Positions 36,638-47,851 are shown, counted from the first letter of the stretch. The stretch: 64,000 nucleotides of DNA from an uncultured Bacillota bacterium (GCA_963804645.1 CAWDRG010000017.1:768001-832000); one strand, 5' to 3'. A program made the numbers and translations. Notes: a model not told the origin generated them from the sequence alone.

Positions 36638-38237
36638 ATGCGCACGCCTTCGGCGAATCAGCGCGGCGCGATCGCGACGCTCGCGGTCGCCGCAATGCTG
36701 GCCATCAGCGTCGTCGTCGTTCCGGGCTCCGTCACCGGATGGGCCGCAGAACCGGTGACGTTCATTTGGGGCAAGACCGGGGATGCGGAGACGCTGGACC
36801 AGCCGCTCAGCGCGGACGCGGAAACCGCCCAGGTCAACGCGCAAATGTTCAACACCCTCGTGCGGATGACACCGGGGCAGAGGGACATCGAACCCGACCT
36901 TGCCACGAGCTGGTCGGTCTCACCCGATGGGCTGATGTGGACGTTCAAGCTGCGGCGGGGTGTCGCGTTCCAAGACGGCACGCCGTGGAACGCCGCGGCC
37001 GCCGTCTTCAACATCAATCGGTGGGCCGACGCAACAAACCCGTATCACGTGGTCACGGGGCACGACTACTTTTACTGGAACTCCTTCATGGCGGGGGCGT
37101 TTCGGGAAGCGCGCGCCCCCGACCCGTACACGCTTAGAGATCGTCCTGACCAAACCCGACGCGCCGCTCGTCTACAACCTCTCCATTCTCGGGTTTGATT
37201 TCACGAGCCCGGCGGCCATCATGAAGTACGGGGCCCAGGGCCTGGGCCAGCACCCCGTCGGTACGGGGGCGTTCAAGTTCGTCGAATGGGTCCGCGACGA
37301 CCACGTCACGATGGTGGCAAACCCGTCGTACTTCCGCAAGGGACTGCCCAAGAGCCAACGCCTCATCATGCGTGTGATCAAGGACAACGCGGCGCGGTTC
37401 CTCGCGCTCAAGGCCGGTGAGATCCAGGCGATGGAGCTGCCGAACCCCGACGACGTCAAGACCGCCGCAGCCGACCCGACTCTCGCCGTGACGTACCGGC
37501 CGCCGTTCAACGTCGGCTGGCTCCGATTCAATATGAACGACCCGCTGTTCAAGGATAAGCGGATGCGAGAGGCCGTCGCGCTCGCGATCAACCGGAAGGC
37601 GATCGTGGACGCGCTCTACGGCGGGTACGGCACCGTCGCGGACCAGCACCTCCCGCCCGGCGTCTGGGGACGCGCGGACGTCACGGGCTACCCGTACGAC
37701 CCCGCGATGGCAAAGCAGCTGCTCGCCGAGGCTGGGTACCCGAACGGGTTCTCGTTCGACCTCTGGTACATCCCGGTGAGCCGCGCGTACTTCCCGAACG
37801 GCAAAGACATCGGGACGGCGATCGCGAGCGATCTCGGGAAGGTTGGCATCCGGGCGCACCTCCAAACCGAAGACTGGGTCGCGTACTTGAAGGACATTCG
37901 CAGCAACAAGTTCCAGGTGGACATGGTCGGGTGGAACGGACCCACCGCCGACCCCGACGATTGGCTCGGGTTCCTCTTCTCCGGGTACGATCCGACCAAC
38001 GGGTACCTGTCCTACAACAACCCCACGGTGTTCGACCTGATCGCCAAGGCCAGGGTCGCCACGAACCAGGCCGCGCGCGCGCGCATGTACGCGCAGGCCG
38101 AAACCATCATCCTCAATGACTACCGCGACGTCCCCATCGCGCACGCGAAGGTGCCGATCCTGCTCCGCAAGAACGTCGAGGGCCTTGCGGGCCAGGCGAA
38201 CGGCGTCGAGTACATGGAAACGGTCTGGCTGCGCTAG
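36638..38237 (+). CDS. Family-5 (DppA-like) ABC substrate-binding protein; +1 frameshift at about 37136
   Basis: Signal peptide, PDLATSW.VSPDGL.WTFKLR.GV.FQDG, then PVGTGAFKF, GYPNGF, RAYFPN. Removing A37136 joins DPYTL/EIVL. Confidence 0.9.
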
Positions 38238-38269
38238 CCAGGATCGCGCGTCGGCCGCGCCAAAGGAGC

Positions 38270-39244
38270 GTGACGATGGACACCGTCTCGGTGCTGTTAT
38301 TCTCTTCGGACGCGCAGGCGTTGCGGCAACGTCTTCCCCCGCTGCCCGACGGCGTGACGATCGTCTCGTGCGCGCCGCGCCACGCGGCGCCGGAGCACCT
38401 CGCCGCCGCCGTGGCGATCGCCGGATACAGCGAAGACATTCCGATGGGTGTCTACCGACACGCGCCGAAACTGCGGTGGATCCATTTGTTCAATATCGGA
38501 CTCGACAAGTTTCTCGACACGCATACGGTTCCAGAGCACATCGCGCTCACCAACTCCAGGGGAGTCGGTGCGGGCGCGATGGCCGACCATGCCCTGATGC
38601 TGATGCTGGCGTTTTCCCGCAGCCTCGTCCACTGGGTGCAGCAGCAGCAACGCGGGTTGTGGGAGCGCGCCCAGTATGGTCACATGGTCACGCTCGAGGG
38701 CCGAACCATCGGGATTCTCGGCTTCGGGGCGATCGGGCGTCAGGTAGCGCGCAGAGCCAGAGGCTTCGGCATGCGCGTGCTGGCCACGCGTCGTGCCACG
38801 ATCGCAGGACCGCAGCGCGGGGACCCCGACGCCGACGCACTCCTGCCCATGGGTGCCATGTTGGCCGCATCAGATTTCGTGGTGATCGCCGCGCCGCTCA
38901 CAGCGGAGACCAACGGCCTGGTGAACGCGGACGCGCTGCAACGCATGAAGCCGACCGCATACTTGATCAATCTTGCTCGCGGGCGCATCGTAGTCGAGAC
39001 CGCGCTGGTAGCGGCCCTCGCGGGGGGGCACCTCGCAGGAGCCGGCCTGGACGTCTTCGAAACGGAGCCGCTGCCCGCCCACTCACCGCTATGGACGATG
39101 CCCAACGTCGTCATCACCCCGCATGTGTCCGCGGGATCCACGACGGTCATGGATGAAACCGCCGATCTGTGGTCAAAGAACCTCGAGAAGTTCATCGCGC
39201 ATGAACCGCTGCTGACGCTGGTCACGCCGTCGCGGGGATACTGA
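38270..39244 (+). CDS. D-2-hydroxyacid dehydrogenase
   Basis: GILGFGAIG, INLARG, LDVFETEPL, TPHVSA. Confidence 0.92.
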   Translation: MTMDTVSVLLFSSDAQALRQRLPPLPDGVTIVSCAPRHAAPEHLAAAVAIAGYSEDIPMGVYRHAPKLRWIHLFNIGLDKFLDTHTVPEHIALTNSRGVGAGAMADHALMLMLAFSRSLVHWVQQQQRGLWERAQYGHMVTLEGRTIGILGFGAIGRQVARRARGFGMRVLATRRATIAGPQRGDPDADALLPMGAMLAASDFVVIAAPLTAETNGLVNADALQRMKPTAYLINLARGRIVVETALVAALAGGHLAGAGLDVFETEPLPAHSPLWTMPNVVITPHVSAGSTTVMDETADLWSKNLEKFIAHEPLLTLVTPSRGY

Positions 39245-39335
39245 CCGGCGCGACGCCGTCGCGGTACCGCACGGAGAGCCCCGCTGGGCGCCAGGAGCGC
39301 GTCGCGTCGCGCGGGCCGCTGGAGGCGCCGGCGCC

Positions 39336-39557
39336 CTACGCCTGGGTGCTCGAGGCGACCGGGTATTCTTCCTGACGCAGGGCGTCCTTCATCCGATCCA
39401 CGGACACGAGGCGCTCATCGTAGGCCACGCGCACCTGCTTCGCGCGGAGATCCACCGTCACGCTGCGCACACCTTCGAGCGGGCCCAGCGCGCCGCGCAC
39501 GGTGCGCTCGCAGTGCTCGCACGACATGTCCGGCACGGACAGGATCACGTCTGCCAT
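39336..39557 (-). CDS. copZ: Copper chaperone (HMA domain)
   Basis: VPDMSCEHC; downstream of copA. Confidence 0.92.
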   Translation of the reverse strand: MADVILSVPDMSCEHCERTVRGALGPLEGVRSVTVDLRAKQVRVAYDERLVSVDRMKDALRQEEYPVASSTQA

Positions 39558-39633
39558 CGCGCCTTCCTCTCCCGGTGCGAACGGATTCGTCCGGCATCTC
39601 GAGCGGCCGCCCGCGCAGCGGCGGCCGCCCCGC

Positions 39634-42003
39634 CTAGCGCATCGTCATCCCGGTGTGCGACCCGTGGACGGCGAGCAGAAGTGCGGCCCCGCCGACCGCG
39701 AGCGCCGCCACAGCGATCCCGGCGAGATACGCGTACTCCCCGATCCGCACCCGCAGCGGAGGAGCCAGCAGCGCCTTCGCGTCGCGTGCCGGGCGGAAGC
39801 CGCGCAGGCGCAGCGCATTCGTGACGACGCTGACACTGCTCATCGCCATCGCCGCGGCGGCCAGCACCGGGCTCAGCATCACGTGGGCGACCGGATACAG
39901 CACGCCGGCCGCCACGGGAATGAGCAGGACGTTGTAGGCGAACGCCCACGCGAGCCCCTGCCGGATCGTGGTCACCGTCCTTCTGGAGAGATCGATCGCG
40001 GTCACGATCGTCTTGAGGTCCCCGCCGACCAGCGTGATATCCGACGCGGCCATCGCGACATCGGTGCCGGTGCCGATCGCGATGCCGAGATCGGCCTGCG
40101 CGAGCGCCGGCGCGTCGTTCACGCCGTCGCCCACCATGGCGACCACCCGGCCTTCGTCCTGCAGCCGCCGAATCATCGCGGCTTTTCCGTCCGGCAGCAC
40201 CTCGGCCAGCACACGCCCCGGCGGGATGTCGAGGCGTCGCGCCACCGCCTCCGCCGCCCCGCGGCTGTCGCCGGTCAGCATCCAGACGTCGAGCCCGAGC
40301 GCCCGAAGCTCCGCGACCGCCTCCGCCGCGCCCGGCTTGAGCGCGTCGGCGACTCCGAGCACTCCCACGCCGCGCCCATCGACGGCCACGAACAAACCCG
40401 TCTCGCCGTCCCGACCGAGCTCGTCCGCCGAGCCCGCGAGGCCGTCGAGCGCGACGGCGTACCGGTCCATCAGACCGTGGTTGCCGAGCAGCACGTCGTG
40501 CTCCCCGACGCGCGCGCGGACCCCCAGACCCGGCAGCGCCTCGAACCGCGTCGCCGCCGGCCAGGTGAGCGCCCGCGCCCGCGCGGCCGCGATGACCGCC
40601 GCGGCCACCGGATGTTCCGATCCCATCTCCACGGCCGCGGCCGCGGCGAGGACGTCGGCGTCCCGCACGCCCTCAGTGGGGACGATCCGGACGACGCGGG
40701 GGCCGCCTTGCGTGAGCGTCCCGGTCTTGTCCAGCACGATGTTCGTGATGCGCCGGGCCTGCTCGAGCGCCTCGCCGCCCCGCACCAGGATCCCGTACTC
40801 GGCGGCCTTCCCCGCCCCGACCATGATCGCCGTGGGGGTCGCCAGCCCGAGCGCGCAGGGACACGCCACGATCAGCACCGCGATCGCCGCGGTCAGCGCG
40901 TGCGTCACTCGAGGCTCGGGGCCGACCACTATCCATCCCACGAACGTGAGCGCGGCGATCCCGAGCACGGCCGGCACGAAGTAGCCGGCGACCGTGTCGG
41001 CGAGCCGCTGCAATGGCGCCTTGGAGCCCTGCGCGGCCTCGACGAGCCGCACGATCTGCGCCAGCGTCGTATCGGCCCCGACGCGCGTCGCACGAAACAC
41101 GAACGAGCCCGCCGTGTTGAGCGTCGCGCCGATCACCGAATCGCCCGGCGCCTTCGGCGCCGGCGCGCTCTCCCCAGTCAGCATGCTCTCGTCGACGCGC
41201 GAGGTGCCCTCGACCACCATCCCGTCCGTCGCGATCATCTCGCCGGGCCGGACGCGGATGAGATCGCCCGGACGGACCGCGTCGATCGGGACATCCCGAT
41301 CCACGCCTGCGTCGACGACGCGGGCCACGCGAGGCTGGCGCCGCGCCAGCGCGGCGATCGCCGCCCCGGAGCGCCCGCGCGCGCGCGCCTCCATCCAGCG
41401 GCCGAGCAGCACGAGCGCGATGATCAGAATCGCGGACTCATAGTACAACTCGATCGGGAGCCCCCAGGCGCGCGCCACGCCCGGCCACACCGTCACGAAT
41501 GCGCTGTACCCGTACGCGACGCTCGTCCCGAGCGCCACCAGCGTGTCCATCGTCGCGGTCCCGTGCCGCGCCGCGTTCCAGGCCGCGACGTAGAAGCCGC
41601 GCCCGGCCCACCCCTGCACGATCGTGGCGGCGATCAACACCACGGGGGCGAGCAGCGGCCCCGCCGACCCGATCGGCACGTACATCGTCAGCATGACGCC
41701 GACGCCGATCACCAGGCTCACCATCCATTTGATCCGGAGATCGTCGAGGCGGAGCCGCTCGGCGCGCGCCCGCGCGTCCGGCGCCGCGGCCGCGCCCACG
41801 TGGTACCCGGCCCGCTCGACCGCGGCGCGCAGCTGCGTCAGGCTGGCCGACGCGGGATCGAATGCCACGCGGGCGGACTCCGTGGCCAGATTCACGCTCG
41901 CCGTCCGGACGCCCGTCACGCCCTCGAGGGTGCGCTCGACCCGCCGAACGCAGGCGGCGCACGTCATCCCCTCGATCGGAAGCTCTGCGATGTGCTGTGT
42001 CAC
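39634..42003 (-). CDS. copA: Cu(I)-translocating P1B-type ATPase
   Basis: [49 protein letters not shown]. Confidence 0.96.
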   Translation of the reverse strand: MTQHIAELPIEGMTCAACVRRVERTLEGVTGVRTASVNLATESARVAFDPASASLTQLRAAVERAGYHVGAAAAPDARARAERLRLDDLRIKWMVSLVIGVGVMLTMYVPIGSAGPLLAPVVLIAATIVQGWAGRGFYVAAWNAARHGTATMDTLVALGTSVAYGYSAFVTVWPGVARAWGLPIELYYESAILIIALVLLGRWMEARARGRSGAAIAALARRQPRVARVVDAGVDRDVPIDAVRPGDLIRVRPGEMIATDGMVVEGTSRVDESMLTGESAPAPKAPGDSVIGATLNTAGSFVFRATRVGADTTLAQIVRLVEAAQGSKAPLQRLADTVAGYFVPAVLGIAALTFVGWIVVGPEPRVTHALTAAIAVLIVACPCALGLATPTAIMVGAGKAAEYGILVRGGEALEQARRITNIVLDKTGTLTQGGPRVVRIVPTEGVRDADVLAAAAAVEMGSEHPVAAAVIAAARARALTWPAATRFEALPGLGVRARVGEHDVLLGNHGLMDRYAVALDGLAGSADELGRDGETGLFVAVDGRGVGVLGVADALKPGAAEAVAELRALGLDVWMLTGDSRGAAEAVARRLDIPPGRVLAEVLPDGKAAMIRRLQDEGRVVAMVGDGVNDAPALAQADLGIAIGTGTDVAMAASDITLVGGDLKTIVTAIDLSRRTVTTIRQGLAWAFAYNVLLIPVAAGVLYPVAHVMLSPVLAAAAMAMSSVSVVTNALRLRGFRPARDAKALLAPPLRVRIGEYAYLAGIAVAALAVGGAALLLAVHGSHTGMTMR

Positions 42004-42016
42004 GTCCGGCTCCCGT

Positions 42017-42325
42017 CTAGCGGTCGCGCCCGTTCTCGAAGACGTCGAGCAGCTCCGAGATCACCCGTTCCCGTTCCCGGGCGCTCTCGGAGCGAATGGC
42101 GGCGCTGACGCAGTGATTCATGTGACGCGCGAGCAGCAGCGCGTTCGCCTTGTCGATCGCGCTCTGCACGGCCTTGGTCTGCTTGATGACGTCGACGCAG
42201 TAGGCGTCTTGCTCGACCATCCGGATGATCCCTCGGAGGTGTCCCTCGGCGCTGCGCAGGCGCGCCACGATCTTCTCTTTCGCCCGCGGGTCGTGCGCGA
42301 TCGTCGTTCTCGGCACGGCTGCCAC
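42017..42325 (-). CDS. csoR: CsoR/RcnR family copper-sensing repressor
   Basis: [23 protein letters not shown]. Confidence 0.93.
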   Translation of the reverse strand: MAAVPRTTIAHDPRAKEKIVARLRSAEGHLRGIIRMVEQDAYCVDVIKQTKAVQSAIDKANALLLARHMNHCVSAAIRSESARERERVISELLDVFENGRDR

Positions 42326-42354
42326 CTTCCTTGCCTTGGCCTGTTTGGCGAATG

Positions 42355-42380
42355 ATCCCCCTCCCCCGGGGGGAGGGGTC
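42355..42380. promoter_or_regulatory. Candidate CsoR operator (G/C-tract inverted repeat)
   Basis: atccccctcccccggggggaggggtc immediately upstream of csoR. Confidence 0.6.
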
Positions 42381-42519
42381 CTGCTCCATGAGTGTACGCC
42401 GGATCGCCGGTGCGGTCAACGATGCGCGGAGCCGCCGGAAGGTCCCCATCTCACCTGGCCAGAATCCGCCGACGGATGCGCCGGCGCGGTCACGCGTCGG
42501 AGGGCCGCAGGGAGGCACG

Positions 42520-44364
42520 ATGACGCGGAATCACGGCGCGCGGGGATGCGCGCACACATGTCGGCGCCCGGCGCGCCCCACGATCCTGGCGGGCCTCCTG
42601 GTCCTCGCGGCGGCCCTGGTCCTCGCGCCGTTTCCGGCCACGATCGGCTTCGCGGGCCCCGGCGGCGCGGGCGCGGTCGCCACCGGCCGCGGAGGCGCCG
42701 CGGCCAGCGCCGATGAGCACGCGACGCGGGCCGCGCTCGAGATGCTCGCGAAGGGCGGGAACGCCGTCGACGCGGCGGTCGCGGCCGCCGCGGTCCTCGG
42801 CGTGACGAAACCGTTCTGGTGCGGCATCGGCGGCGGCGGCTTCATGGTGATCTATCTCGCCTCCGAGCACCGGGTGGTCACGGTCGACCACGACGGCACC
42901 GCACCCCACGCGGTGACGGCCACCTATTGGCTCGGCCCGAACGGACGCCCGCTCCCCTACGCGGAGGCGATCACCGGGGGCATCGCTCCCACCGTGCCCG
43001 GTGCGGTCCTCGGGTGGGAGGAGGCGCTGCACCGGTATGGACATCTGACGCTGAGCGAGGTCCTGGCGCCCGCGATCCGGGTGGCGGAACAGGGGTTTCC
43101 GCGCGACGCGGAGTTCGTCGGGCTGACGCGCTCCAATGCGAACCGGCTCCGGGCCTTCGGCGCGAGCCGCCAGCTGTTCCTCACGCCCGCCGGCGACGTC
43201 CCGCCGGTCGGCTCACCGTACCGCAATCCCGACCTGGCGCGCGCCTACCGGCTGATCGCGCTGGAGGGCAGCCGCGCCGTGTACCGGGGACCGATCGGGT
43301 GGGCGATCGTGCACTCGGTGCAGCAGCCCCCGGTCGTGCCCGGATTCACGGGCCCGGTCCATCCAGGCGTGATGACGCTCGCGGATCTGAGCGACTACGA
43401 GGTGCGGGTACGGGCACCCGTCGTGACGACCTACCGCGGCTACACCGTCTACGGGATGGGCCTGCCGAGCGCGGGCGGGACCGCGGTGGCGCTGGCGCTC
43501 AACATTCTGGCCGGGTTCGACCTCGGCACGCTCCCGCGGGCCCAGGCCGTGCACGACGAGATGGAGACCGCCCGCCTCATCTTCGCGGATCGGCGGGCGT
43601 ACCTCGGCGATCCCGACTTCGTGCGGGTGCCGACCGCCGGGCTCCTGTCCGCGGGATACGCGGCGGAGCGCCGCGCGCGCATCGGTGCGGACGCCGCCCC
43701 GGGGACCGTGCTCCCCGGGAATCCGATTCCGTTCCAGCCGGCGGCCGAGCGCACCGGCGGCGCGCGGCCGGCGGACACGTCCGCCGAGGGGACCTCCACG
43801 ACGCACCTGACCGTCGCCGACCGTGAGGGCAACGTGGTGAGCTACACGTACACGCTCGGCGAGGGCTTCGGCAACGCCTCCGTCGTGCCGGGGTTCGGGT
43901 TCGTGCTGAACACCGGACTCGCCGACTTCTCGACCACGCCCGGCAGCCCGAACGCCCCCGCGGGCGGAAAGCGCCCGCTCAGCACCATGAGCCCGACCAT
44001 CGTGGTCAAAGGCGCGCAGCCGGTGCTGGCGCTCGGGTCGCCGGGCGGCAGCACCATCGTCACGACCGTGCTCGAGCTGCTCGTCGATACCCTCGACTTC
44101 GGCATGGACCTGCCGAGCGCCATCGCGGCCCCGCGGTACTACCAGGACAGCTCGCCGGTCGCGCAGGGGGAAGCCGAGTTCTTGGCCGAGCCGGAGGCGC
44201 AGGCACTGACGCAGCTTGGGCACCGGTTCGTCCATGTCGGCGCCTTCGGGATCGGCGCCGCGAGCGGCATCGCGTTTCATCCGGACGGAACGGTGACGGC
44301 GGCGGCGGAGCCCGTACGGCGGAGCGGCGGCAGCGCCATGGTCGAGCGTCCCCTGGGACCGTGA
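42520..44364 (+). CDS. ggt: Gamma-glutamyltransferase
   Basis: GGNAVDAA, GIGGGGF, YLGDPDF, TTHL..D..GN.VS.T, KRPLSTMSP, GSPGGS; ATG 42520 after GGAGG. Confidence 0.95.
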   Translation: MTRNHGARGCAHTCRRPARPTILAGLLVLAAALVLAPFPATIGFAGPGGAGAVATGRGGAAASADEHATRAALEMLAKGGNAVDAAVAAAAVLGVTKPFWCGIGGGGFMVIYLASEHRVVTVDHDGTAPHAVTATYWLGPNGRPLPYAEAITGGIAPTVPGAVLGWEEALHRYGHLTLSEVLAPAIRVAEQGFPRDAEFVGLTRSNANRLRAFGASRQLFLTPAGDVPPVGSPYRNPDLARAYRLIALEGSRAVYRGPIGWAIVHSVQQPPVVPGFTGPVHPGVMTLADLSDYEVRVRAPVVTTYRGYTVYGMGLPSAGGTAVALALNILAGFDLGTLPRAQAVHDEMETARLIFADRRAYLGDPDFVRVPTAGLLSAGYAAERRARIGADAAPGTVLPGNPIPFQPAAERTGGARPADTSAEGTSTTHLTVADREGNVVSYTYTLGEGFGNASVVPGFGFVLNTGLADFSTTPGSPNAPAGGKRPLSTMSPTIVVKGAQPVLALGSPGGSTIVTTVLELLVDTLDFGMDLPSAIAAPRYYQDSSPVAQGEAEFLAEPEAQALTQLGHRFVHVGAFGIGAASGIAFHPDGTVTAAAEPVRRSGGSAMVERPLGP

Positions 44365-44443
44365 CCGCCCGCGGCGCAGGGGCGCGCGCGCCCGTGCGGG
44401 AATCCTCTGGGGCACGGCATATTCGAGTCACGGGGGCACACGC

Positions 44444-45844
44444 ATGGACGTCAAGGCGGCAGACGCGTACCTGACCAAAGCGCGAGACCGGCAGCTCGAG
44501 GAGCTGCAGACATTCCTGCGCATTCCGAGCGTGAGCGCTCTTCCCGCCCACAAACCGGACATCACGAAGGCCGCGAACTGGCTCGCCGACCGCCTGCGCG
44601 CCACCGGCGTGCCCGAGGTCCAGCTCCTGCCGACCGCCGGCAACCCCGTCGTGTACGGCCAGTGGCACGTCGGCGATGGGCTCCCGACCGTGCTCATTTA
44701 CGGCCACTACGACGTACAGCCGGTGGATCCGCTCAACGAATGGACATCCCCGCCGTTCGACCCGGCCGTCCGCGATGACCGCCTCTTCGCCCGCGGCGCC
44801 TCGGACGACAAGGGCGCGCTGTTCGTGGTGCTCGCGGCGCTCGACGCCATTCGCGAACTGGCGGGCAAGCCGCCGGTGAACCTCAAGTTCATGTTCGAAG
44901 GCGAGGAAGAGATCGGCAGCCCGAACCTGCTCCCGTTCATCCGCGAACACCGCGCGCTGCTCGACGCGGACGTCACCGTGAGCGCGGACGGCTCGATGCT
45001 CGGGGCCGAGTCGCCGTCCGTCTCGGTCGGCAACCGAGGGCTCGCCGGCGTACAGATCGACGTGCGGGGCGCACGCACCGACCTGCACTCGGGCACCTAC
45101 GGCGGCACGGTCGCGAATCCGATTCACGTGCTCACCACGCTGCTCGCGGGCATGCACGATGCACACGGCCGGGTCCTCGTCGACGGGTTCTACGACGGCG
45201 TGCGCGAGCCGACGGAGGCCGAGCGGCGCGAGATCGCCGCGGTGCCGTTCGACGAACAGGCCTACCGCGCCAACCTCGGGATCAGCGCCTTCGTCGGGGA
45301 GCCCGCGTACACGCCCGTCGAACGCACGTGGATCCGGCCGACGCTGGAGATCAACGGCATCTGGGGCGGGTTCCAGGGGGACGGGATCAAGACGGTGCTG
45401 CCGGCGGAGGCCCACGCGAAGATCACGTGCCGGCTGGTCCCCGGCCAGCAGCCCGAGCGGATTATCGAGGCGATCACGCAGTACGTGCGCGCGCACACGC
45501 CCCCCGGCGTCACCGTCACCGTCAAGCCGTTTCAGGGCCGCGCCCGCGCGTACTCGATGCCGTCCACCTACCCCGGGTTGATCGCGGCCGCGCGCGCGCT
45601 CAAGGACGTGTACGGGAAGGAACCGGCGCGCGTCCGGACCGGCGGCACGCTGCCGGTGTCGGAGATGATCCAAAGCGAGCTCGGCCAGTGGCTCGTGTTC
45701 TTCGCGTTTGGCGAAACCGATAACGGCGCCCACGGGCCGAACGAGTTTTTCCGCCTGAAGAGCTTCGATCGCGGGGTGCGCGCCACCGTGCGGTTCTTCG
45801 AGGAGCTCGGCGCGATCCAGCCGAGCGCCCTCAAAGCGCGCTAG
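44444..45844 (+). CDS. M20 family dipeptidase
   Basis: LRIPSVSA, YGHYDVQP, RGASDDKG, EGEEEIGS, DLHSG, AHGPNE. Confidence 0.94.
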   Translation: MDVKAADAYLTKARDRQLEELQTFLRIPSVSALPAHKPDITKAANWLADRLRATGVPEVQLLPTAGNPVVYGQWHVGDGLPTVLIYGHYDVQPVDPLNEWTSPPFDPAVRDDRLFARGASDDKGALFVVLAALDAIRELAGKPPVNLKFMFEGEEEIGSPNLLPFIREHRALLDADVTVSADGSMLGAESPSVSVGNRGLAGVQIDVRGARTDLHSGTYGGTVANPIHVLTTLLAGMHDAHGRVLVDGFYDGVREPTEAERREIAAVPFDEQAYRANLGISAFVGEPAYTPVERTWIRPTLEINGIWGGFQGDGIKTVLPAEAHAKITCRLVPGQQPERIIEAITQYVRAHTPPGVTVTVKPFQGRARAYSMPSTYPGLIAAARALKDVYGKEPARVRTGGTLPVSEMIQSELGQWLVFFAFGETDNGAHGPNEFFRLKSFDRGVRATVRFFEELGAIQPSALKAR

Positions 45845-45992
45845 CGCCGGCACCGGAAGCACCGTCACGCGGGCGGGCCGCCGCACGGCGCCCGCCCGCG
45901 AGCCATGCCCGCGGCCGGGGCCCCACCCCGGCCAGTGAATAGGCGTTTGCAGATTGTCTCGCAGGGGCGAGTCGGCTATCGTGGACGATGCG

Positions 45993-46490
45993 ATGCGACA
46001 CTCACTCTTGAACCGGCTGGCCCGAGCCCTGCAGCTCTATTCCCTCCGGCAGCAAGTCCTGGCCGGCGGCATCGTCGACGAGCCCCGCGCCGGGTCCGGC
46101 GCGGCGCACTACACGGCGCTCCCCTCACCCCCTCGGGGGGGCGCCGCGGCCGCCCCCCTGCGTAAGAAAACCAGGGGAAAGTACTTCACGGCGCTGGCGA
46201 TGACCGGACGGCTCCACCTGGTGGACATTCAGGAGGGCAGTCCGTGGGATCCGATGCGGATCAAGTTCGACAATCCAATGATGGCTGATGAGCTCCGCGC
46301 GAACCTCGGGGCGCGGCGGGCGCGGACGGTCGACGAACTGGACCTGTTCCTCCAGGAATCCGCGGTGCGCACGGGCATCATCATTCTCTCCGTGAGCGCC
46401 GAGCTGCTTGAGGCCGCCCGGCTCCGGTGGGCGTACGGCGGTGTCGCGGCAGCCTCGACCGGCACGCAACGAGCGCCGCTCGTCGGTTAG
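45993..46490 (+). CDS. Hypothetical protein
   Basis: Plausible globular composition (KYFTALAMTGRLHLVDIQEGSPWDPMRIKFDNP); start uncertain. Confidence 0.55.
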   Translation: MRHSLLNRLARALQLYSLRQQVLAGGIVDEPRAGSGAAHYTALPSPPRGGAAAAPLRKKTRGKYFTALAMTGRLHLVDIQEGSPWDPMRIKFDNPMMADELRANLGARRARTVDELDLFLQESAVRTGIIILSVSAELLEAARLRWAYGGVAAASTGTQRAPLVG

Positions 46491-46580
46491 CCGCGCCCCC
46501 CACACGGTGCCGCATCTCGTCTGCGTAACCGCGTGCCCGCACGGATGCCACGCGGCCGCCCGACACACGCCGCCACACCC

Positions 46581-46802
46581 ATGCCGTCCGACGTCCTGAT
46601 CAAGACGAGACGACACGAGTCCAGCGAGACGCTCCCCGATCCCGCCCCCAAGTCCGCGACGCCGCTCGTGAGATGCATGGAGTGCGGTCAGCGATGGCCC
46701 TGCGAGCGCGACAGCGAGGCCATCGAGATCGGACGCGCGCATACGGCCGAGACATCGCACACGCGAGTCTTGATCATCCGGTCCGTGCACCACGCCGCGT
46801 AG
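46581..46802 (+). CDS. Small putative zinc-finger protein (73 aa)
   Basis: VRCMECG..W...HTAETSH (CxxC/HxxxxxH). Confidence 0.55.
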   Translation: MPSDVLIKTRRHESSETLPDPAPKSATPLVRCMECGQRWPCERDSEAIEIGRAHTAETSHTRVLIIRSVHHAA

Positions 46803-46832
46803 CGTTCCCCCCGGACGGCGCGCCGCTCGCGG

Positions 46833-47132
46833 CTACACCGAATCCTTACTGACCCCGCTCGTCGCCTCCGGAGACTGCGCGGGCCCCGCCGGCGCCGTGA
46901 CGTCCGCCAACGGCGTCCGCCGCGGCGCGAGAAACGCCAGATAGACGATCTCCAGCAGTCCGCCGGTGTTCAGGAGAAGCATCGCGACAAACCACAGCGA
47001 CTGCCCGGCGCGCGCGGCGCGCCACAGCGCGATGCCCTTCCACACGAGCGTCCACACGATGAACAGGAGCAGCAGCCGCGGCGGCAGCGCGAGGATGCGG
47101 CGGCCGAACGGCTGAAACAGCCACGGCGGCAT
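46833..47132 (-). CDS. Small membrane protein, DUF5652-like
   Basis: WKGIALWRAA...WF..LLNTGGLLEIVY; coupled to the rpiA stop. Confidence 0.75.
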   Translation of the reverse strand: MPPWLFQPFGRRILALPPRLLLLFIVWTLVWKGIALWRAARAGQSLWFVAMLLLNTGGLLEIVYLAFLAPRRTPLADVTAPAGPAQSPEATSGVSKDSV

Positions 47133-47830
47133 CACCGCCGTCCACGCTCCACCGCCAAGCGCCGCACCCCGTCCCGTCCGGCCAGATACACGACGTCGGC
47201 GATGCCGAGGAATAGTCCGTGGTCGACCACGCCGGAGGTGCCGTCGAGGATCGCCGCCGTGGCGGCCGGATCGCCGAGGGGACCGCACTGCAGGTCGACC
47301 AGGAAGTTGCCGCCGTCGGAGCGCGCCGGCTGTCCGTCGCGCAGCCGCACGGACGCGGTGCTGCCCCGAATCTGGGCGGGCAGCTCCCGCAGCACCCACG
47401 GCAGCGCGAACGGCAGCACCTCGAGCGGAATCGGTCCGTGCAGCGTCGCCACCGCCTTCGTGGTATCCCCGACGATGACCACGCGCCGCGCGGCCAGCGC
47501 CACCAGCTTCTCGCGGACGTGCGCCCCCCCGCCGCCCTTCACGAGATTCAGGGCGGCGTCCACCTGATCGGTGCCGTCGAGCGCAACGTCGGGCGTCTCG
47601 TCGAGGGTCGTCAGCGGAATCCCGAGGCGTTCCGCGTCGGCCGCGGTGCGGTCGGAGGTCGGCACCCCGCGGAGCCGCCACCCGCGCTCCCGCGTGAGTC
47701 GGCCGAGCGCCTGCAACACGTACGCCGCCGTGGTGCCCGTGCCGAGGCCGAGCACCATGCCGTCGCGCACCTCGTCCGCGACCGCGGCGAGCGCCGCCTG
47801 CTCTTTGTAGCGTGCCTGCGCGTCCGTCAT
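47132..47830 (-). CDS. rpiA: Ribose-5-phosphate isomerase A
   Basis: GLGTGTT, VPTS, DGTDQVD..L.KGGGGA..REK, GNF.VD, GVVDHGLF. Confidence 0.95.
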   Translation of the reverse strand: MTDAQARYKEQAALAAVADEVRDGMVLGLGTGTTAAYVLQALGRLTRERGWRLRGVPTSDRTAADAERLGIPLTTLDETPDVALDGTDQVDAALNLVKGGGGAHVREKLVALAARRVVIVGDTTKAVATLHGPIPLEVLPFALPWVLRELPAQIRGSTASVRLRDGQPARSDGGNFLVDLQCGPLGDPAATAAILDGTSGVVDHGLFLGIADVVYLAGRDGVRRLAVERGRR

Positions 47831-47851
47831 CGTCCGGCCCCCCGCGGCGGC

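Noticed and set aside
34935..37136. Programmed frameshifting or pseudogenisation of the nuoF-like and dppA-like genes
   Set aside because: No slippery heptamers, both halves are well conserved, and the insertions match the window-wide wobble-position error pattern.
39502..42108. Long antisense ORFs (e.g. 868 aa opposite copA; 891 aa at 54596-57271; 608 aa at 44060-45886)
   Set aside because: Typical stop-poor antisense shadows in high-GC DNA, with no recognisable motifs.
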